Source: Calditrichia bacterium (GTDB taxonomy: Bacteria; Calditrichota; Calditrichia; RBG-13-44-9; J075). Taken from it: a stretch of DNA of 31,576 nt. The stretch spans positions 24,480 to 56,055 of the forward strand of contig JBOEGD010000019.1 in assembly GCA_050633245.1 (NCBI GenBank). The letters run 5' to 3'. The translations under genes were made by a program, and so were the position numbers. Shown here piece by piece: positions 26,246-31,576 of this stretch. The notes beneath the pieces were generated by a model, which worked only from the letters and a program-made list of their open reading frames with translations, was not told the DNA's origin and made no database searches. Each line of letters starts with the position of its first letter. The stretch's first letter is position 1.

Positions 26246-26275
26246 TTCATTACCCGATAGTTTGATCGACTATAA

Positions 26276-26292
26276 GGCAACTCGCTTGCCAA
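26276..26292 (-). promoter_or_regulatory. Sigma54 -24/-12 promoter of the cbb3 oxidase operon
   Basis: Minus strand TTGGCAAGCGAGTTGCC has canonical GG-N10-GC with TTGC at -12, about 30 nt before the first ATG. IHF-like TAAGTCTTTTATT at 26310-26322 and TAAGTCATTTATT at 26407-26419. Confidence 0.8.
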
Positions 26293-26370
26293 CTATCATG
26301 AAGCTGGGCTAAGTCTTTTATTTATTGAGTTTGAGAGTGGATAGCAATTGGCTTCAGAGAACAAAAAGGT

Positions 26371-26471
26371 GCCACAAAAAAGCATCCTTTACGCGCCTTT
26401 CAAGCCTAAGTCATTTATTAACAATGGCTTGCTGTTTTGTGGCCTGTTGAAATGTGCACAAGTTGTGGCGC
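26371..26471. promoter_or_regulatory. Candidate upstream activator sites (GCCACAA motif) for the cco promoter
   Basis: GCCACAAAAAAGCA on + (26371-26384), GCCACAAAACAGCA on - (26430-26443) and GCCACAACTTGTGCA on - (26455-26469). Confidence 0.5.
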
Positions 26472-27304
26472 TATTGTTTCTCGTGAAGTTCTCGAGCTGC
26501 AGAAAGTGCGCCATATGCAGTAGCATTCCCGGAATGTTCAGGTAAATGGATTGGCGTTTTGTAAAGATCACCAACGGCAGAAATCGCTTTGCGCATAGAC
26601 TCCATATCTGACAGATGTCCGATTACGACTATTTCTTTTAGCTGTTGTGCGCGAGCAATGTTTATGGCAATTAAGGCGATTGTTTGCCCGACCATTGTTA
26701 CGAGTGATGCTGCTAAATGCATTTTTGGTATATCAATGTCTTCACGTGCAAGTCTGCCAAAGTTTACAGCTGTTGCATCGGGTGTTAAGGAACCAATTGG
26801 TCCGCTGATGACGTCGGATATCGCTAAATCGGCTTGATTTCTGTCACCGCGCCGCGCGAGTTTATCTATTTCGCCGGGATCAGTCGTTCCAAGAAGCAGT
26901 CTACTGAGTCCAAGTAGCGTTCCACCTCCAACTGCTGTACCGCCGGCGTGCGTATAATCAGAATTCCTTGCAGTTATCATCGCTGTTCCAGATCCGGCGC
27001 TTACAACAAGCATAGAGTTAGATTCAGATTTGCCAAGCGACTGGCCTCCCCGGCCGATTGCTTCAACTTCATTGATTTTATAGATTGGAACACCATCGAG
27101 TTGATCGGGAAGCTCTTTGTGACGTCCGCCGGTAACGCCGATAAATTGAAGACCTCTGAGTGAAGAGCGATTTTTTGTTAACAGCAGCCTTAACTGTTCT
27201 GAGGATGCGGGTTGTCTGGATGGACTGGTTCCGTATTCTACAGAATGTCCCTTAAAAATTACAAGATCAGTGTTGCTCAATCCAAAATCTAAAGCAGCCT
27301 GCAT
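26471..27304 (-). CDS. Type II (Fumble-family) pantothenate-kinase-like protein
   Basis: ASKHA-fold motifs LDFGLSNT, GVTGG, NEVEAIGRG, VSAGSGT, GGTAVGGGTLLGL and TAVNFG; GAGGA SD. Confidence 0.8.
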   Translation of the reverse strand: MQAALDFGLSNTDLVIFKGHSVEYGTSPSRQPASSEQLRLLLTKNRSSLRGLQFIGVTGGRHKELPDQLDGVPIYKINEVEAIGRGGQSLGKSESNSMLVVSAGSGTAMITARNSDYTHAGGTAVGGGTLLGLSRLLLGTTDPGEIDKLARRGDRNQADLAISDVISGPIGSLTPDATAVNFGRLAREDIDIPKMHLAASLVTMVGQTIALIAINIARAQQLKEIVVIGHLSDMESMRKAISAVGDLYKTPIHLPEHSGNATAYGALSAARELHEKQ

Positions 27305-27402
27305 GTGGTATCCTCAGTTAATTTTCTAAAAGTAATCATGAAAATGTATAGCGGCAATACTGGTCTCTAAGAATTAACGTCATGAAAGTGATGGGCTCAT
27401 TG

Positions 27403-27418
27403 TGTGATGTCTTTCACA
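27403..27418. promoter_or_regulatory. CRP/FNR-family (CRP-type) operator
   Basis: TGTGA-TGTCTT-TCACA, an exact TGTGA-N6-TCACA match, in the divergent intergenic region. Confidence 0.65.
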
Positions 27419-27485
27419 ATGACAGTCCGCGTTGAGGCGTATTGTTTGATATTATGCTGTTTAGAAACGTCAACAAGGAGGTTGA

Positions 27486-27599
27486 ATGTTCTTTCGCTCA
27501 TTTTATTTGCCCCACGATCTGATACAAACACCGCAAGCGTCTTCTTTTAGCGCCACCTGTTTTTCTCGCGAAATTTCTCGCGCAGCTCAAGCGTACTAA
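27486..27599 (+). CDS. Possible 37-aa upstream/leader ORF
   Basis: AAGGAGGT at 27475-27482, then ATG; MFFRSFYLPHDLIQTPQASSFSATCFSREISRAAQAY*. Below the ORF-track length cutoff. Confidence 0.3.
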   Translation: MFFRSFYLPHDLIQTPQASSFSATCFSREISRAAQAY

Positions 27600-27725
27600 C
27601 GAAAAGCATTTTTTTCGCTTTTAAGGGAGAATGGATCTGTTGTCCCATTTTCTCCTTCGGTGTTTATCAAAATATTAAGCAGGGATTTTATAGAAAACAT
27701 GAAGTGTTCAAATGTTGAGGGGATT

Positions 27726-30700
27726 ATGAACAAAAAAGCTAAAGAATTGCGATCTCGTAGTAACGTCATTCTGAGGGGACTGGCGTTACTTTTCATCGCT
27801 ACTTTTGGGATGGGAATGTTTTTTATCGATTACGGTTTGGATAGTCCGGAACCGGTTGCCAAGTTTTTGGACGGCAACTTACCGGCTAATACGCCTGGCG
27901 GCGTTACCGGCTGGGATGTAGAACCAGCTTTTCCGAACGTTACATTTAACAACCCCATGTATGTCGTTCCGCAGCCGACTACCGATCAGCTGATCGTTGG
28001 ACAGCGTGATGGGATTATCTGGCGAATGACGGATGATCAGAATGCCAGCGGTAAAACGCTCTTTCTGGATCTGTCGAGCACAACTGCTGTTGTCTGGGAT
28101 GGAGGGATGCTTGGATTAGCATTTCACCCGGAGTTTGGGCAGTCGGGTTCACCCAATAAGGACTATGTGTATATTTATTACTCTGCTCGTCCGCCAGATG
28201 CAACATTTCCTCCGGGATTTACAAATGGCTTCTTCGGCACCTATCTGCGCCTTGCTCGCTATGAAGTGAATCCGGCAACAAATGTTGTCGATCCTTCCTC
28301 AGAGCTCATCATGATAAATATTCGCCTCTACAACGGTTCTCATCGCGGTGGTGGAATGGTGTTTGGTCCGGATAACTATTTATGGCTTACTATTGGCGAT
28401 CAGTTCCGTTACGAAACGGCACAGGATCTAGCCAGTGTTTTTGAGGGAGGCCTCATTCGAATCGACGTTGATGAAGATGCTTCCCGTAGCCATGCACCGC
28501 GTCGGAGAATGCAGGATGGCATTGCTCAGAATGATGAGTATACCGGTATTGGCTACTATATTCCAAACGATAATCCTTATCTAAGCACCTCCGGCGATCT
28601 GTTCGAGGAGTTTTATACCCTCGGGCATCGTGCTCCGCACCGTCTTACCTATGACGCGCCGACACAGCGCTTTTGGATTGGTGAAATTGGTGGCGGTCAG
28701 CGCGAAGAAATTAACGTTATTCGATTCGAAACGGATAAGGGCGGCAACTATGGTTGGCCATTTCGCGAGGGAACAATTAACGGACCACGCGCGGAACCTG
28801 GCAGCTATTTGGGCGATTTAAAAGAGCCAACCATCGATTTTCTGCGTAACGAAGCCAATGCCATAATTGGTGGCTATGTTTATCGCGGAACGGAGTTCCC
28901 ATCGCTAAACGGTCGCTATCTTGCCGGCGGCTATTCGCAAAAACGTATTTGGGCATTGGATTACGACCCTTCTACCGGTTTATCAACAAAAGAATATCTT
29001 TGTCAGTTTACGCCCGGACTGTTATCGTCATTTGGTATCGGACATAATAATGAGGTGTATCTTTGTGGTTTAGGAGATAACAAAAACTTGTTTAAGCTAA
29101 AAGCGCTGGGTGTTGCACAACAGGCACCGGCACTTCTTTCACAGACCGGAGCTTTTTCCAGCCTTGAGCCGCTAGAGGCTTCCGCCAAAATTATTCCTTA
29201 CGATCTGAACGTGCCGTTTTGGTCTGACGGTGCTGAGAAATCGCGCTGGATGGCAATTCCAAATGATGGTTCGCATAATTCTGCGGATGAGCAGATTGTC
29301 TTCTCGGAAAATGGCGAGTGGACGTTTCCTAAAGGAACCGTTCTGGTTAAGCATTTTGAGCTCGCGATAAATGAAACAACCGGCGAGACCAAAAAGCTGG
29401 AAACGCGCTTCATGGTTCATGGTGATAATGGCCAGTATTATGGTTTAACCTACAAGTGGCGCGACAATGGTTTAGAGGCTGACTTACTTGCAACGTCTCT
29501 CGATGAGACGATTACGATTCAAACCGCAGGCGGAACGCGCGATCAGGTGTGGCATTATCCCAGCCGTAGCGAATGTCAAACATGTCACCTGCCACAGGCG
29601 GGTAGCGTGCTGGGTCCCAAAACACGCCAGCTTAATCGCGACCAGTATTATCCGGTTACCGGACGAACGGCAAACCAATTGGCTACGTTTAATAATCTGG
29701 GAATGTTTACTTCCTCGATTAACGAAAATGATATTCCAAATTTCCTTACCTCAACGCCGACCCACTCAACGGGATCACTTCAAGATCGCGCACGCTCTTA
29801 TATTGATGCCAATTGCGCATCTTGCCATAGGCCTGGAACGGGAAATCGTGCGGTATTTGATGCCCGTCTCAGCACCGAATTTGCTTTACAAGGTTTTGTA
29901 AATGGAGCCATCATCGAAGATCTGGGAGTTCCCGGAGCAAAAGTTATTGTGCCACAAGATGTAAGTCGTTCCATGCTGTATGTTCGTTCTAATAGTTTGG
30001 ATGACGGTGTTGCTATGCCGCCTCTTGCGAAAAACCTGGTTGACGATCCCGGCATGCAGGTATTGGCAGACTGGATTAATAGCCTCAGTCCGAATACGGT
30101 GCAGAACGGAACCAATGCCGTTTACTTTAACAATATAAATCTAACCGGCAGTACAGTTTCCCGGGTAGATAATGAGATCAACTTTAACTGGGGAAGCGGT
30201 AGCCCCGATCCTGCAATTGCTGCGGATAGTTATTCTGCCCGCTGGACAGGTTATGTTGTCGCCCCGGAAACCGGCACGTATACATTTTACACGACAAGTG
30301 ATGACGGAATTCGTTTGTGGATCGACAATCAGCTTATCGTTGACAAGTGGATTGATCAGGGACCGACCGAATGGAGTGGAACTATTGCGCTCACGGAAGG
30401 TGTTGCCTATGATCTTAAGATGGAATACTACGAGAACGGTGGCGGCGCCGTTGCTGAACTTCGCTGGGCTGGTCCGAGCTTTTCTAAGGAAATCGTACCT
30501 TATTCACGTCTGTTCGTTATCCCTCCTGGGGTAAATCCACCGGTAATCACCAATCCGGGTAATCAAAATAATACGCTTGGCGATGTGGTTGCGCTTCAGC
30601 TCAATGCAAGTGATCCGGATGGATTTGGCGTTAGCTATGCAGCCAGTAATCTTCCACCAGGACTAACGCTAAACGGCTCGAATGGTCTTGTTGACGGAAC

Positions 30701-31576
30701 AATTGAGTCTGTCGGCAGCTACAGTGTCATTGTGACGGTAAGTGATAATCAGAGTTCTGTAAATGCTAATTTTACCTGGACCGTGCAGCCTGGAGCAGAC
30801 GGACGTGGTTACGCGCTTCGTGAAGTGTGGACCGGAATTCCCGGTAATCCGATTGTTAATCTGACAACCAATGCCAACTATCCTGATAGTCCAACGCTTG
30901 TTGATTCACTAACCATATTTGAAGGGCCAACCAACTGGGCGAATGAATATGGCACGCGCGTGCGTGCCTTTTTACATGCTCCTGTGAGCGGCAATTATAC
31001 ATTTTGGATTTCAACGGATGACGAAGGAAGTCTTCTGCTGAGCACAAATGCCGATCCTGCCGGAGCAACTCAAATTGCTAATGTGCCGGGTTGGAGCGCA
31101 TCGCGAGAGTGGGAAAAATTCCCCGAGCAGCAGTCTGCACAAATAGCTCTACAGGCAGGTGAACGCTACTACATTGAACTATTGCAGAAAGAGGGCGGAG
31201 GCGGTGATAACCTGGCTGTTGCCTGGGCATATCCTGGTCAGTCCCGAACGGTGATTCCCGGCCTGTACCTTTCACCTTATCGTGACAATTTGCCTCCGGT
31301 AGTTACCAATCCTGGTGCGCAGATTAGTTCGCTGGGACAGGTTGTTAGTCTGCAAATAGCTGCAACAGACCCGGAAGGAGATAACCTGACGTGGTCTGCA
31401 GCAACTCTACCGGATGGATTGACTATTGATGCTGGCACGGGTGAGATATCCGGAACACCTTCCACTGAACAGACGCTGGATGTAACAGTTTCAGTCAGCG
31501 ACGGAAGCAATAGTGCAGATGTTCAGTTTAACTGGATTGTTGAGTCTTTCGACGCTTGCGCTGGTCTTTTACGTGA
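27726..31576 (+). CDS. Large exported multidomain protein (3' partial): PQQ-dependent sugar dehydrogenase (GSDH) propeller, di-haem cytochrome c, PA14, Ig, PA14, Ig
   Basis: Hand translation shows an open frame from ATG 27726 (GAGGGG SD) to the window end, 1283 codons. Hydrophobic N-terminus; GMLGLAFHPEF, SHRGG, IPNDNP, GHRAPHR, REEIN, GGNYGWP; PFWSDGAEKSRW, FPKGTVLVKHF, LETR, CQTCH (29574-29588), CASCH (29814-29828), MPP; two PA14 domains (SDDG, TDDE); two Ig-like repeats (PPVITNPG...DPDG; PPVVTNPG...DPEG). Confidence 0.92.
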   Translation, partial: MNKKAKELRSRSNVILRGLALLFIATFGMGMFFIDYGLDSPEPVAKFLDGNLPANTPGGVTGWDVEPAFPNVTFNNPMYVVPQPTTDQLIVGQRDGIIWRMTDDQNASGKTLFLDLSSTTAVVWDGGMLGLAFHPEFGQSGSPNKDYVYIYYSARPPDATFPPGFTNGFFGTYLRLARYEVNPATNVVDPSSELIMINIRLYNGSHRGGGMVFGPDNYLWLTIGDQFRYETAQDLASVFEGGLIRIDVDEDASRSHAPRRRMQDGIAQNDEYTGIGYYIPNDNPYLSTSGDLFEEFYTLGHRAPHRLTYDAPTQRFWIGEIGGGQREEINVIRFETDKGGNYGWPFREGTINGPRAEPGSYLGDLKEPTIDFLRNEANAIIGGYVYRGTEFPSLNGRYLAGGYSQKRIWALDYDPSTGLSTKEYLCQFTPGLLSSFGIGHNNEVYLCGLGDNKNLFKLKALGVAQQAPALLSQTGAFSSLEPLEASAKIIPYDLNVPFWSDGAEKSRWMAIPNDGSHNSADEQIVFSENGEWTFPKGTVLVKHFELAINETTGETKKLETRFMVHGDNGQYYGLTYKWRDNGLEADLLATSLDETITIQTAGGTRDQVWHYPSRSECQTCHLPQAGSVLGPKTRQLNRDQYYPVTGRTANQLATFNNLGMFTSSINENDIPNFLTSTPTHSTGSLQDRARSYIDANCASCHRPGTGNRAVFDARLSTEFALQGFVNGAIIEDLGVPGAKVIVPQDVSRSMLYVRSNSLDDGVAMPPLAKNLVDDPGMQVLADWINSLSPNTVQNGTNAVYFNNINLTGSTVSRVDNEINFNWGSGSPDPAIAADSYSARWTGYVVAPETGTYTFYTTSDDGIRLWIDNQLIVDKWIDQGPTEWSGTIALTEGVAYDLKMEYYENGGGAVAELRWAGPSFSKEIVPYSRLFVIPPGVNPPVITNPGNQNNTLGDVVALQLNASDPDGFGVSYAASNLPPGLTLNGSNGLVDGTIESVGSYSVIVTVSDNQSSVNANFTWTVQPGADGRGYALREVWTGIPGNPIVNLTTNANYPDSPTLVDSLTIFEGPTNWANEYGTRVRAFLHAPVSGNYTFWISTDDEGSLLLSTNADPAGATQIANVPGWSASREWEKFPEQQSAQIALQAGERYYIELLQKEGGGGDNLAVAWAYPGQSRTVIPGLYLSPYRDNLPPVVTNPGAQISSLGQVVSLQIAATDPEGDNLTWSAATLPDGLTIDAGTGEISGTPSTEQTLDVTVSVSDGSNSADVQFNWIVESFDACAGLLR

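Noticed and set aside
26262-26275. Possible FNR box TTGAT-CGAC-TATAA near the cco promoter
   Set aside because: The second half-site matches ATCAA at only 2 of 5 positions. At best a half-site.
26097-26574. Short ORFs at 26097-26312, 26348-26545 and 26389-26574
   Set aside because: They overlap real genes or the sigma54 promoter/enhancer region and have no recognisable protein features.
27596-31510. Numerous short ORFs listed by the track in the last 4 kb
   Set aside because: They are shadow ORFs overlapping the single long plus-strand frame starting at 27726.

Overview
Bacterial chromosomal window, probably FCB-superphylum-like (fused ccoNO, single-haem CcoP, DUF5777, DUF6503, propeller/Y_Y_Y kinase). 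Clear Shine-Dalgarno use and several sigma54 systems suggest a Calditrichota/Ignavibacteria-like organism; this is inference only. No RNA genes, CRISPR arrays or mobile elements were recognised. Left part: a DUF6503-like exported protein, a TRIC/UPF0126 membrane protein, an NhaC-family transporter, a small STAS-like protein, a PAS-PAS-GAF-PAS FhlA-type sigma54 activator, and a NarL-type regulator with its beta-propeller sensor kinase. Middle: a divergent envelope operon (double lamin-tail-like lipoprotein, small ORF, CX4CH cytochrome c lipoprotein, YceI, DUF5777 beta-barrel), then a FixL-like tandem-PAS kinase and an NtrC-family regulator converging on a complete cbb3 oxidase operon (TauE/DsbD_2-ccoI-ccoS-ccoNO-ccoQ-ccoP-ccoG-ccoH-single-domain receiver). 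Right part: a type II pantothenate-kinase-like gene and a >1280-aa PQQ-dehydrogenase/di-haem/PA14/Ig protein that the ORF track missed because it runs off the window edge. The main hidden structure is two sigma54 circuits readable from non-coding DNA. (1) TGCTGA-N4-TCAGCA palindrome pairs, with the same 19-bp spacing and nearly the same distance to two -24/-12 promoters, define the likely regulon of the FhlA-type activator. (2) A sigma54 promoter with IHF-like and UAS-like sites in front of the cbb3 operon suggests a FixL-like sensor to NtrC to sigma54 microaerobic switch with a FixT-like feedback receiver.
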